From NCBI GenBank assembly GCA_964016885.1, contig OZ024741.1:307272001-307336000 (forward strand): a stretch of DNA of 64,000 bases, in the 5' to 3' direction. The position numbers were made by a program, and so were the translations under genes. The number at the start of each line of letters is the position of its first letter. The stretch's first letter is position 1. Origin of the DNA: Eledone cirrhosa. Taxonomy: Eukaryota. The notes beneath the pieces were generated by a model. That model saw only the letters and a program-made list of their open reading frames with translations. It had not been told where the DNA came from and did not search any database. Shown here piece after piece: positions 1 to 18,562 of this stretch.

Positions 1-3000
1 TATTTCATCACCTGGTTGACCTTTTGGGATGATGGGAAGAGTTTGACGAAAGTCCCCAGCAAGAAGCAGAACGACGCCACCGAAAGGTTTAGAGTTGGAG
101 CGTAGGTCTTGTAGCGTTGCATTGATTGCATGAAGTGCATTCTTGTGGGACATTGTCGCCTCATCCCAGACAATCATTTTGCATTATCGAAAGACAGCAG
201 CCTCATCAGAATTCTTCTTTACATTAGTGGTCGGATTTTCAACATGACCAATGTTAAGGGGAAGCTTAAATGTTGAATGGACTGTTCTGCCGCCGTCTAG
301 CAGTGTTGCTGCTATTCCTGAAGATGCCATTGCAATGGCAATCTGTCCATGTTGGCGAACTTTGGCAAGAAGGAGGTTTAGTAGAAATGTCTTTCCTGTG
401 CCACCTGGCGCATCAAGGAAGAGGATGCCGCCGTTTATGTCTTCAAGCATGGTCAAAACAAAAGAATTCAAAAGTTTTTCTCTTTTTTGAATGTAGGACA
501 GAAGCCTGGCAGCATTGTAGTATGTCTCCCTTAGTACGTGGCGGTTACAAACAGCCTCATTTTCTCTTTTAGGGGATTCCATATAGTAGTTCTTCAAGGG
601 ATGGCCGGTCATTTCCAAAAGTATATCTTCTAGAAATATGAGACCGCAATTGTACATTTCATGTGTAAACTGTAAATTCATGTCTGTGGACGCAAAGCAA
701 GATTGCATTAGGATGTCCAAGCACATGCTGTCACGATATTTATCCCAGAAAGACTGTGGATTCCCAAGACTGCGGTATACCAGCATAACGGCGAAAAGCT
801 TACGAAGAGCAATTGGTGACTGCAACATTGATGCTTCATGGAGGGCGTGGTCATAGTGGTCATCGTTGTCGAGAAGACCTAATTTGGAGCAGGCCTCTTT
901 AAATGTTGACCAAATATGGCCATTGACGGTACGGAGGTCTTCAAATGAAGTCAGACCTTTGATAACGTGCAATAGAAGATGAAGGTGAAAACATTCTGAA
1001 TTGAGCGGGTGAACTGTGTACACTCTTGAGAGGGCATCAGACTCACGCATCAAAGCATCCCTTTGTGAAATGCGTCCTCGCTTTCTTCTTTGCCAACAGC
1101 AGGAAGATTTATTCCACGTGTAGAATGTAGGCAACTCTGCATAAAGAAGTGTTCTGGCAAAAGAGTCTGAAGTACAAAGTTCAAAGAACCCGGTAAGGGT
1201 CGTTCTTCGAGGTTGTCTTGCACAGTCAAGCATATTTTCGTGGTTAAAATACACCCGTTGACCATTCTCCAAATGAACGCTGAGATGAATAACTGCAGGT
1301 TCACGTTCATGGATCGGAAAACCGAATATGCGCCAAAATCCCTCGTTAGAAGAGATATAGCGTCCAGTTTGAAAACACGTGACTTCATCTGTGGCAGCAT
1401 CAGGGTTATCGCTTTTAGCCAACTCAATAACTGCTCGATCAGCTCCCTTATGGACATACTTGCAGATGTATTGGATTGCTTTGACGGAGTTGCAGAATTC
1501 AACGTTAATATGGGCTGAAAACATTTTACATAGCACCTTGTTATGTGGTACAACCCATCGGTTGTCAATAGTGAAATCTTGACCACCAAGCATTGTTATA
1601 TTTGCCATATGTCAACCCTCCTGCGGTGCTCGGCGACGGTATGAAGGGTAGCCATCATCACCAGTTTTGGTTTCATTGATGAGTTTACGTGGGTAACGCT
1701 TTGTACATCTCCTATTGTCCATACATGCAGATTTTGGATTTAGGTGGCCACACGGGCCATGTATCATATTGGCTTTTATGATTTGAAATAGCGAAGGGTC
1801 TTCTTGGGGATTTGGCAATTCAGCACTGATAATGGAATCAACATCAGTTGACATAAGTTTCTTTTGAAGCCAAAGGAGAATATGGGCATGTGGGAGTCCT
1901 CTCTTCTGCCATTCTACTGTGTACATGAAGCACCTTACTGGTCCAAAATGTTGTCCGTATTTTAAAACATACAACATTTTTATAAGCTTCATGTGAAACA
2001 CTCTGGATGTGATATCATGCCTGTGTGAAGGATTTTGGCCATGAAGTAAATGAGACTGGATGTCAAACCATTTTGGATTGCATGTAAAGGTGATAAAAAG
2101 ATCAGGACGGCCACAATGGCGGACAGGGGTCAGAGCATCCTGCATTTTTTCATGCATATCACGGGGGCCTCCAGTGTATGATGATGGGAGAATGACAGAA
2201 AGCCCAACATCCGAAGCATCAGCCTGATCATTTCGGTTTACTTCGTCACGTAGATTGCCGTATTCTTCTGAACGCAGTTCCTTTTGATGATGTCTTATCC
2301 ATTGGAGGCGTTCAGTGTCAATCTTAGCAAATATGTCTACACAGTATTGATTGAGGAGCATCCGTGTTCTATGCAGAATGTTGACGTCGTTTTTGCGAAA
2401 CATAAGTCTAAATGCATAAAATTCCATTTGTGAAATGGTTTTCCCTGGTGTAAGATGCATTAAACTTACAGGATTACCCTTTTGCAAATCAATGCGGTAG
2501 CCATCGTCGCCAAAGGGGAACAGCAATGGATACTGGAGAGCATCATATGCGGGATGAAGTTCATTTATTTTTTGAAGATGCGAGTCACGCCATTCAATAA
2601 CAATATCACGGTTTGAAGCGCTCTCATTAGGACGTGTTATAATCACCGCAACTTCATCGGTTTGGGGTCTATTAAAGCAACCCTGATGCTGCCCTGGTGG
2701 AGCGCGGTCATTTCGAATGACAACCTTGTATTGATTGTTGTTAGCATCTCTACGTTGTAAAGCAGTTTTGAAAATGGTGATGTACGGGTTTATGGAATGA
2801 AGCATATATTGAAGGGGCTGCAGAAGAGAAGGTGTCGTTCCTTTAGCAACTGAAGCCCTTCGTGCAATTTCTTCAGGTCCGTTGCCCATAAAGTAGATCT
2901 GGAGAAAACTGTGTTCTTTGCCATCTTGTGGAAGAAGTGATCCTATTTGATGGTAAATTTGGCTTTGCACTTTAAATGTGGGCATATAATTACCATCTTT

Positions 3001-3668
3001 TTATTGTTGTATGACCAAAGCTTGTCATTTGGAAAGCCGAATTGTAGGCTCTTATATTTCTGAAAAAGTGTTTAGAATCAGAGTGGTCTCCAAGCAGCAG
3101 AGAATTCAAAGGTTCGGCACCGACTTGTAAATGAGGCAATGTAACCGTTCCATTGGAGCAACATATACCGGTAGATTCAGCTGGCCACCTCATTGCATTA
3201 CAATGGACGCAAACAGTTGACATACTACCAATGATGATATGTGGATGGGATGCGTAGTCCTCTTGGGGGTTGTATTGAAAACCTTTCTTAGACCAGTAAC
3301 AGGAAGAATCCCTCGGAGAGACATAAGTACGCATTTTCCGTTGAGAATCAGCCGCAAGCCTTGTTGCCCTTTGGTGAATAGTCTCTAAAGCACGGCTATT
3401 GGAATTAGAAGCAGCATTGCGAGCACGCCGGAGTTCTGCTTGTTCAGCTTTCTGTAATGCTCTGATGTTCAAAGTAGAGGCAGCATTGTGAGCACGCCGG
3501 AGTTCTGCTTGTTCAGTTGTTTGTAATGCTCTGCCGATCGAGGTAGAAGCAGCATTGCGAGCACGCCGTAGCACACATTGTTCTTCTGTTTCGTTTGCGC
3601 GCAAAGAACGCAAAGCGAAAGCATTTTTTTGTTTTTTTTCCAATGTTACTCTTTCTTTTTCGAGGCAT
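1..3668 (-). pseudogene. Helitron Rep/helicase (RepHel) gene, disrupted; runs off the window start
   Basis: Consecutive ORFs 3513-3710, 2990-3643, 1612-2985 and 184-1608 carry Rep motifs (LFITFTCNPKW, VEWQKRGLPHAHILLW, YICKYVHKG) and PIF1 helicase motifs (LFLDAPGGTGKTFLL; WDEATM and GDFRQTLP after the stop at 184). Lesions: frameshifts in poly-T runs near 3635 and 3000, in-frame TGA at 1612-1614, TAA at 184-186. Confidence 0.95.
3330..3600 (-). repeat. Four ~23-aa STPR-like peptide repeats in the Helitron N-terminus
   Basis: ETEEQCVLRRARNAASTSIGRAL / QTTEQAELRRAHNAASTLNIRAL / QKAEQAELRRARNAASNSNSRAL / ETIHQRATRL...; 69-bp period. Confidence 0.8.
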
Positions 3669-4112
3669 TCTACCGAAAATATGTAATTGAATAAAGCTGA
3701 TACAAATCAATTAAAAGAAATAAATAGTTGTGTACAATGTGTACATTTTTGTAATAATAAGCAAGACGAAAAAGTATATTTTATCATCTGCTTTTTCTAC
3801 ACGGAAATTATATATTAGATTTTCATACTTACAAAATAATTTTGCTAATATCGTATTTAGCAGTGTCGGTTGAGCAATGTGTAAATATTTGATAAAAAAC
3901 CAAAAGACAAACAGTAAATATATAACAACCTTTGAATAAGTATTAAAGAAATGACGATTTTCACTTTGAAAATATGATTTATGACATCAAAACTGCTTTA
4001 GCGTTTAATTTTTGAATAAAAAGTATCGTCTGTTATTTCTTACAATTAACACATTTCTACACATACACACACATGCACACACGCACACTGTATTTATCGG
4101 TAAAGTATCGTC

Positions 4113-4784
4113 TGGGCATTGTGTGCAGAGGATATACGCAGACTAGAGGGATCAGATGTTGTTTACTCGAGAGAAGGCTACGTTGGTATGGTCACGTGAT
4201 GCGCATGAAAGACGACAGCTGTATAACAAAGTGCAGGGCAATAAAGATAGACGGTAGCCACGGAGTAGGCAGACCCAGAAAAACCTGGGACGACCTGATA
4301 AATTCCGACCTCACACACTTACACCTCTCCAAGACAATGTCACTGGACCGAGATCTTTGGCGATACTCAGTAATAGAGAAGACCCGCCTTACCTAAATAC
4401 AAAGTAAAACCTACTACAGTCAGTAGGCATCTCTAACAAAATACACCTCCGTACCACCACCTCCACTCCATCCACACCGCCCCTCTCAATGTAAAGTTAT
4501 GTTGGTGCCACAACATCCAGGCCGAAACAAATGAGATCGTGTAGGTGTCACGACAAAAAAAACACAGTCCACGCTGTAATGTGGCCGTGTAGGCAACACG
4601 GTAAAAACCTCCCAGCCCCACTGTAAATGTGGTTGGTGTTAGGAAGGGCATTCAGCTGTAGAAAACCTGCCAGACAGTCCTATGCGAGCAAGACAACCAC
4701 TCTTGCCTCAAGTGGGAAAACTCCCGTCCAAACACATGCAAGCGTGGAACATGGACGTTAAACGATGATGATGATGATGATGAT
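4113..4784 (+). mobile_element. 5'-truncated RTE-clade LINE: C-terminus, 3' UTR and (GAT)n tail
   Basis: RRLRWYGHVMRM...GRPRKTW is typical of the RTE ORF end; terminates in GGACGTTAAAC(GAT)n. Confidence 0.85.
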
Positions 4785-5112
<328 letters not shown>

Positions 5113-7411
5113 AGGAAAAGGAAAAAGAAAAGGAGAGCACAAGCACGGACCTGAAAGGAAATGATATACCCTCCGCTACAGGCAGGGAGGGCAGGCCGGG
5201 CAACCAACATGCAAAGGGCAAAAGGTGAAAAGCGAAATCACCTTCCGAAGGAGAACCAAGCGCAAAGGGACCAGTGGACAACTGTTCAAAGGAAGAACAG
5301 AACGCACCGAGACACTGGGAGCAAAAAAACCCAAGTAATGTGCAAGTTTTGCAAGAACGGGACATGCTGGCATGGAGAGACAGGGATGGGATGCAGATTC
5401 ACCCACCCTAGGTCTCAAACGAACTATGCCCATCCTACTCGCGCAACATGCCCCAGCCAAAGCCGAAATAAGCCGCCCCAGAAGTATACTTGACACTGAG
5501 ATTGCACTCAAACTTTCACATGAGAATGAGAGGGCAAAGAAAGAGAACAGGGCCATAGAAAACATTAAAACAAACCCTAAGGCCTTCTTTAAATTTGCAA
5601 AAGAAACTGCCTCAGTACACTGCAAGATTGGGCCACTCTTCCACACGGACGGTTCATTAACCGAAAACCCCCAAGAGATATGTGAAATACTGAACGAACA
5701 GTACAAAAGTGTCTTCACATGTCCACTGAGGCACATGCAAATAACGAAGCCAGAGGAGTTCTTTGATGCCACAACACTACATGAAGAAATGGCAACCATC
5801 AATCACATAGACATAACAGAGGAGGATGTGGTGTACGCCATTGACGAAATTAGAACAGACTCGGCTGCTGGACCTGATGAATTCCCAGCAGTTCTCTTTA
5901 AAATATGTAAGCGGGCCTTAGCAACTCCACTGAAGATGCTCTTCAGAAGCTCCTTGGCTAGCGGTGTACTACCCAGGGAGCGGAAAGAAGGCACAATATG
6001 CCCTATCCATAAAGGAGGTAGCAGAGCGGAGGCTAAAAACTATAGGCCAGTCTCCCTGACGTTGCATATCAGTAAGGTCAGGGAGCGAGTCGTCAGGAAG
6101 AAACTAATCACTTTCCTCGAGACAACTACGAGACAGCTCACATGTGGACGTGATATATCTTGACTTTGCGAAGGCCTTTGACAAGGTCGACCACGGAATG
6201 ATATGTCACAAACTACACGGACTCGGCATAACTGGAAAAGTAGGTGAGTGGCTGCATGGCTTCCTAAGGGACAGAAGCCAGGCAGTCGCAGCAAATGGGG
6301 CCCTCTCGAGGGAAACACCAATAACAAGTGGGGTGCCCCAGGGGACAGTCCTGGGACCACTACTGTTTTTGGTAGCTCTCTCAGACATGCCCTCTGTAGT
6401 ACATACAACAACATCCCTCACTAGTTATGCTGATGACACTAAGATAGCACAGGCAATCAAAAACCCGGCTGACGCTGCCCTTTTGCAGCAGGATCTGGAT
6501 GCCATATACAAATGGGCTTAAGAAAACAACATGCAGTTTAATGCTGGCAAATTTCAAGCCCTACAATACAAACCTCCAAACAAACCTGCAAACACAAATA
6601 TAGTGGAACACAACTACACAGGACCAGGAGGGACCGATATCCCCGTGTCAAAATCGACATGAGCGTTGATGCATCTTTTTCTTCACACATCATGGAAGTG
6701 GCGACAATGTGCAGACGACTCGCTGGCTGGATCTTGAGGACTTTCCGGACAAGAGATCGAGACACTATGTTGTCACTATGGAGGACATTTGTCCTAAGCC
6801 GCCTGGACTACTGCTTCCAGTTGTGGTCACCCCATAGTGTCAAACTAACCACGGAGCTTGAGGCAATCCAGCGAAGCTACACCAAGAGGATTGCCAAGAT
6901 GAGGGAGACAAGCTACTGGGAGAGGCTAAAGGAACTGAACCTCTACTCCTTGGAGCGAAGACGGGAGAGATACGCAGTGATCTACATGTGGAAAATCCTG
7001 GAGGGACTAGCACCAAACTTTGGCATTGGGAGCTGGACCAACCGTCGAACAGGACGTCACTGTGTGGTGCCAAAGGTCCCGTCTTCCACATCTAGAATAA
7101 GGAGCAGGTATTGCAATAGCCTGGGATTTAAGGGCCCTCAACTCTTCAACAGGCTGCCGAGGAATCTGAGAGATTTGCATGACGTGGAGGTGGATGTCTT
7201 CAAGAAACATCTCGACACCTTGTTATCCAGGATCCCGGATGAGCCCACAGCAAGACACGAGGGAAACCTAAGGGCAGCAGCAAAAAAGTCCCTCTTACAC
7301 CAGTGGAAACCTATACAGGCTGGAGATAAAATGTGTAGCAACAAGGGCGGTGCCCCAGCATGGCCTCAGCCGGATGGCTGTAACAGGTAAAAGAGTAAAA
7401 GAGTAAAAGAG
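5113..7411 (+). mobile_element. CR1-group LINE, internally deleted pseudogene (copy 1 of family A)
   Basis: CCCH-like ORF1 remnant ([22 protein letters not shown]) joined to mid-ORF2; RT motifs NYRPVSLT, LDFAKAFD, GVPQGTVLGP, YADD; frameshifts; (GTAAAAGA)n tail. Closely matches 60799-62381. Confidence 0.92.
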
Positions 7412-7435
7412 AATACATATATATATGTATGTATA

Positions 7436-8712
<1,277 letters not shown>

Positions 8713-8764
8713 ATGTATACATATGTATATATATATATGTATATATACATACACACACACACGC

Positions 8765-10941
<2,177 letters not shown>

Positions 10942-10942
<1 letters not shown>

Positions 10943-13180
10943 ATTAACCTTTCAAATACAAACCTCTCAGCCCAACAAGTAAAAATTCTCCCTAAAGGAC
11001 TGAAATTTACACCAACACCACAATACTCTAACCCCAATGAGATAAATAACGATATCTCACACTTCTGTAGAAAATTACGTCTCACAGAGGAATTCTTTGA
11101 CAAGGAGAATAACGACGAATCAATTGTACGGAATAAAAGCAGCTACAACCTAACAAAAGGTAGAAACAGAGTTCTGGACAAATTTTGTGACCACATAGCT
11201 ACCTTCCCATACCATGAACTACCGCAACCTAAACCCAAACCCAACACGAGTCGAAGGGAATGGGAGATTATCCATGAACTAAAAAACAATACGGACATTA
11301 TAATTAGGGAAGCGGACAAGGGAAGTACTGTTGTCATTATGGAGGCTGAAAAATATAAAAATTCTATGTTCTCTCTCTTACAAAATACTAATTACTATGA
11401 AAGAGTAAAAAACTACCAGCAATCAAAAATAATGACCAGATTAAACACACTGATTTATCGATACCAGGAAGACCTAACTAAAAAGGAACGCGATTATTTA
11501 ACAAATTTTGAATACAAAACCAGCAAGCTTTACGGACTTTCGAAGATCCACAAGTGTAAAATAATCAACGATGCCTGTAAACAATCCACCTCAGCCTGCG
11601 TGAACACACAATACCCCCACAGACCTTAAATTAAGACCAATTGTAGCGGGCCCACAATGTGAAACACACAGACTGAGCAACTTTATAGACATACTACTGA
11701 AACCAATTCTGAAACACATACCAAGCCTTGTAAGAGACGATCTGGACCTCTTAAACCACCTCCCCAAACATGTCAACAACGACACTATTATTGTGTCTTT
11801 CGATGTAGTGAATCTCTACACAACGATCCCACACCAATACGGACTAGAAGCAATAGGATTCTGGCTAGAGAAATATCCCGATGAGATACCTGACAGAATA
11901 GAAAAAAGCTTCATCACCGAGGGATTAAAATTCATCTTACAGAACAACTTTTTTGATTTCGATGGCAATACTTACAAGCAAATATCGGGGACTGCGATGG
12001 GTACAAAAGCCGCTCCAACTTATACCAACTTAGTCATGGCATACTTAGAAGTCCAGATATATGAATAGTCCAAATAAAAATAGGGATTGAACTTCCACAA
12101 ATATTTATCAGAGAATTGGAAACGCTACTTGGATGATTGCCTCATTCTTTGGTCCCACACACTCGACCAACTGAAGGATTTCAAAAACTTAATAAACGGC
12201 ATCAATAACCACATCCAATTCACAATGGAATACAGCCAAGATCAAATCCCATTTCTGGACATCTTAATCTTAAAAAAAGACATAAATATCGAAACTGACA
12301 TACACTACAAGCCAACAGATTCCAAACAAATCTGCTATTCACCTCCAACCATCCAACGCACACGAAGACGAACATTCCTTTTAACCTAGCAAGAAGAATT
12401 TGCACAATTGTCGCCAATTATGAAACGCGAAATAAAAGACTTCAAGAATTAAGGGAAATTCTACTCGAGAGAGAGTACCCACTATTACTAATAAATAATG
12501 GAATAGAAAGGGCTAAAGCAATAGGCATTGATGAATTACGGAAACAGAAACAAATTCAAGGTACGTCCAATATTTTATCATATATCTCAACACACAACCC
12601 AAGAAATGCGGAAGCTTACAACACTATTCAGAAGAACATCCCACTACTAAAACAAAACCCAAGAATGAAAAAAGCCCTTGAAACACACAAAATAATCAAA
12701 AGCAAAAGACAACCAAAATCGCTGAAAACATTACTCACCAATGCCAAATTACCTACCACAAACCCACAACCAAGTATCAAAAAATGTGGTCGCTCTAATT
12801 GTGGAACCTGCACTCACCTCTTTGAAGACAACACGTATACATTTAAATCAGGACAAAATTTTACTGTAAAAAATCACTTCACTTGCTCATCAAAAAATTT
12901 CTTTTATGCCATTAAATGTAAAGGATGCAATGAAGATTATATAGGACAAACTAAACTCACACTCAGAAACAGAATGACAGTTCATCGCCAACAATTACGA
13001 GATCCAACCACGAGACAGATACCACTAAGTGCATATCTAGACATTTGCGCAAGTAATAAGACACCCAAATTCCAAGTCTTCCCATTTTACCTTTGCGCTA
13101 ACAATACAACAGAACAAATACGAATAAATACGGAAAATATGTTTATTCAAAAATATAGACCAGCATTAAATATGGGTTAA
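10942..13180 (+). pseudogene. Penelope-like element ORF (RT + GIY-YIG), Neptune-like, disrupted
   Basis: LPKGLKFTPTP, IREADKGS, LYGLSKIHK, RPIVAG, SFDVVNLYT, GTAMGT, RYLDD, FLDI, CGRSNCGTC, YAIKC...YIGQT; split by stops and frameshifts. Confidence 0.95.
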
Positions 13181-13647
13181 TATACATTATGTCAACACCA
13201 TAATTTGACATACACACACACACATAACACCTTCTACTTTAGAAAATAAAAACCCGAACTAAATAAACCTTAACATACGTTTGCACTGACAATACAACAG
13301 AACAATTACGAATAAGTAAGGAAAATATGTTCATTCAAAAATATTCCTATTAAAGGAATCATTTTCCTACACACACACACACACACAATATATATATATA
13401 TATATATTCTCTTCATCTTAACATGCTAACCATACTCCCACACAAAACACCCATACACACACATAACCCCCACACCCACAACTCCCTCCCCCATTTCTAC
13501 TAATAGAACCACTTTCCTACACACATATATACACACAGACAAAATATATATTCTCTCCATCTTAACATACTCGCACACAAACACATAACACCCATATACA
13601 CATACACACAACTCCCTCCCCCATTTCCACTAATAGTATAATCTTCC

Positions 13648-13680
<33 letters not shown>

Positions 13681-14513
13681 GCACACAAATAAACATACAT
13701 ATCTTTACTTCAATAGAAAATCTGAACTCTGACACCCCAGCGAACTAACCATATTCACTGAACCAGAACAATTCTCCCAATCCCATTTCTCTTGACCACT
13801 ATCTTTCCCATGTCATAACATTCTCTATAAAGGCTACAGAATAGATTTCCAAATAAGGGCGCGAGAATGTAATGAAAACTTGTTCACGTGACAGCCAAAT
13901 TTCGTTTATAACCAATCAAATCACGTTTATTAAAAAAAAGCCTTCGTGAGCTACCTTTTTTAAAGTAAAGAAATTCAAACACACACACACACACACAAGC
14001 ACACAAATAAACATACATATCTTTACTTTCTTTATTCAATAGAAAATCTGAATTCTGACACCCCAGAGAACTAACCATATTCACTGAACCAGAACAATTC
14101 TCCCATCCCTTTCTCTTGACCATTATCTTTCACTTAATCATAAAACTCTCTAAAAAGGCTACAGAATGGATTTCCAAATAAGGGCACGAAAATTTAATGA
14201 AAACTTGTTCACGTGACAGCCATAATTTCATTTATAACCAACCCCAAAAAAGCCTTCGTGAGCCCCTTTTTTCAAGTAAAAAGAAATTCAAACACTCATA
14301 TACGAAAAAACAACCTGTGACAACCCCCCTCTTATTTGAAGAACTATTGTAACGCGAACTGGCGCGAAATTTATTAGACCCTCCACAGACCATCCATCTC
14401 AACTCACTTTTTGAAAAGCAGAAGAACTGCGAAACCGGTAAAGGAACCAAATAAATATATATATTTTTTTTAAAAATAAGACTCCAGTTGCATTTTCGAT
14501 TTCATCTCTTTTT

Positions 14514-14517
<4 letters not shown>
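13181..14517 (+). mobile_element. 3' UTR/pseudo-LTR of the Neptune-like PLE with internal duplications
   Basis: ORF end 13100-13156 is repeated at ~13290-13345; a ~305-bp tandem duplication at ~13650-14295; ends with a hammerhead and AATAAA. Confidence 0.8.
14407..14444 (+). ncRNA. Minimal type-I hammerhead, U3-A8 variant
   Basis: CTTT-TTGAAAA-GCAG aagaa CTGC-GAAA-CCG-GTA-AAGG; palindromic stem III ACCGGT. Confidence 0.8.
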
Positions 14518-15644
<1,127 letters not shown>

Positions 15645-15648
<4 letters not shown>

Positions 15649-17140
15649 TAAATCAACAAAGAAGCCTTTAATACATTAAAAATCTTTATTCGCTGACAAT
15701 GTTTCGTCCCAGTAATTAGGACTCTTCAGAGCAAGGAAAAGACAAAAAATATCAACGGCTAGAACAAGCCAAAATTCAGAATAGAGAAATAGAAAAATAG
15801 AAATTTAAATGTTACATTATAAGATATAATACGAAGAAAACTAATAATAATAATAATAATAATAATAAACTAAAAAATCTAAAATTATAAGGAATCCAAG
15901 CAGCTATTGAATACGAATATGCCACAAACAATCGTGTTATACATATAACTAAACATCCACACACATATACATATTCACAAAAAATATACATCTACAAATA
16001 TACCCACAGATACAAGACCCTATACCCACAGAACCACTCACGTGCTAAACTTTCACATACCAACCAGCTCAAGAGAGTGTGTGTATCAATTCGCCAATGA
16101 TGATGAAGTATCTACGTCCAGCTATAGAAGACCCCATCTTGTATAGACACCATAACTCACAGAAAAGAGTAAGTGGTATATTAAGAAACATAAAGAATGT
16201 AAAAATAAAAAATAAAAATATAAAATATAAAAAATATCTAGACAAGACGTCTAAACCAGAATAGTAAAGTGAGATTCCGAAAAATCAACTACCTGAGCTT
16301 TTAGGTTTATAATAGAAGAAGGAATTAGAGATAGCATGCGGACAGGATGAACAGATTTCCGATTTTCTATTTAGTAATACACTTTTAGAGAAAATTATAC
16401 AATGGGTTTCTAGAATGCAAAGATTACAGAATTTAGCGTGGGTGGAATAATGGTTAGAATAGGCTACAATACGCCAATGCAGACTGTACGGTATACCAGT
16501 CCCTTTCAAAACCCAAATATGATGCGCCAAAGAAGTTGAGTTTTTAAATTTAATATGTTTAAAATTAGAAACATGCAAATTAAACCTCGTTTTAAATGTA
16601 TTAGAAGTGGAGCCTATATAAGTTTTACAAGAGGAATTGGTCCTAACATCACATGCATAGACAATATTCTTAGTGAGGCAATAACCATTTAAAGGGCAGC
16701 TATTACTTCTTCTACAATTACATTTACGGGTATTAGTGATTACCTCAATTCGCGAAATATTATTCCTAGGGTTACTCAACAACAAGTCCTGCTCGGGTCG
16801 TACGTTATTAATAGAACTATTTAAATTAGTAGTAAGTAAAGAACAGTAGCCGTCCCTAATTTTCATAATATTCGTGCTAGCAAGATGTGAACTACCATTC
16901 CACTTATTACAATGAAGCTCATGCTCGAAGTGGATTTGTCGATAAGGTAGCATATACAGAGTACGAAAATAGACCTAGAAGAAATAGATCCCGTCGCATT
17001 TGTTGGTATAACCCACCATATAATATGGAGGTGGCCACACCATTAGCTAAGGTCTTTCTTTCCCTTATTACGAAACATTTTCCCCCTACACATAAATATA
17101 GTAAAATTTTTAATAGAAATACTATTAACACGCTCCACAT
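15645..17140 (-). mobile_element. 5'-truncated PLE (CxCx5C + GIY-YIG, Hydra-like) with inverted 5' segment
   Basis: Minus ORF 16285-16890: CNCRRSNSCPLNGYCL...NIVY...YIGST...CNLC; plus-strand 16887-17144 encodes the upstream linker (RRICWYNPPY...KHFP...KIFNRNT). Confidence 0.9.
15691..15733 (-). ncRNA. Type-I hammerhead ribozyme, canonical core
   Basis: TGCT-CTGAAGA-GTCC...GGAC-GAAA-CATT-GTC-AGCG AATAAA. Confidence 0.88.
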
Positions 17141-17346
17141 ATGACGTATTATCTTCGTTTTTTTCCTTCATTGCCAGAGAACGTCTCTATGAACCACCTA
17201 AGAGAACATTAGTCTACGACCTCTTTTATACCATAAACGTGGTTCTGTCTTTGCGAGTAATTGTTTTTCACCGCTCCTATTAATGACGTATTATATTCGT
17301 TTTTTCCCGTTCTTTGCCAGCAAACGATTCCACGAACCAAAGTATC

Positions 17347-17436
17347 GTCTTCCTGCGTTTACAGATTGACTTTGTTAGTTTCAGAAGATCCCGTTAAGGG
17401 TGAAAGCAGCGATTCTTTGCTTAAACTTTAATGTTA

Positions 17437-17474
<38 letters not shown>

Positions 17475-17565
17475 TAACATTAAAGTTTAAGCAAAGAATC
17501 GCTGCTTTCACCCTTAACGGGATCTTCTGAAACTAACAAAGTCAATCTGTAAACGCAGGAAGACA
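17347..17565. repeat. ~100-bp inverted repeat centred on a TA run; each arm has a hammerhead-like fold
   Basis: AGTTT-CAGAAGA-tCCC gttaa GGGt-GAAA-GCA...TGCT-T-AAACT at 17377-17427 and its reverse complement. Confidence 0.85.

Positions 17566-18559
<994 letters not shown>

Positions 18560-18562
<3 letters not shown>

Noticed and set aside
251-1589. Short antisense or alternate-frame ORFs over the Helitron and LINE ORFs
   Set aside because: Shadow ORFs with no recognisable motifs.
1612-1614. In-frame TGA in the Helitron (and at ~57161 in a PLE) as selenocysteine or readthrough
   Set aside because: Both elements also carry frameshifts or other stops; a single substitution explains each TGA.
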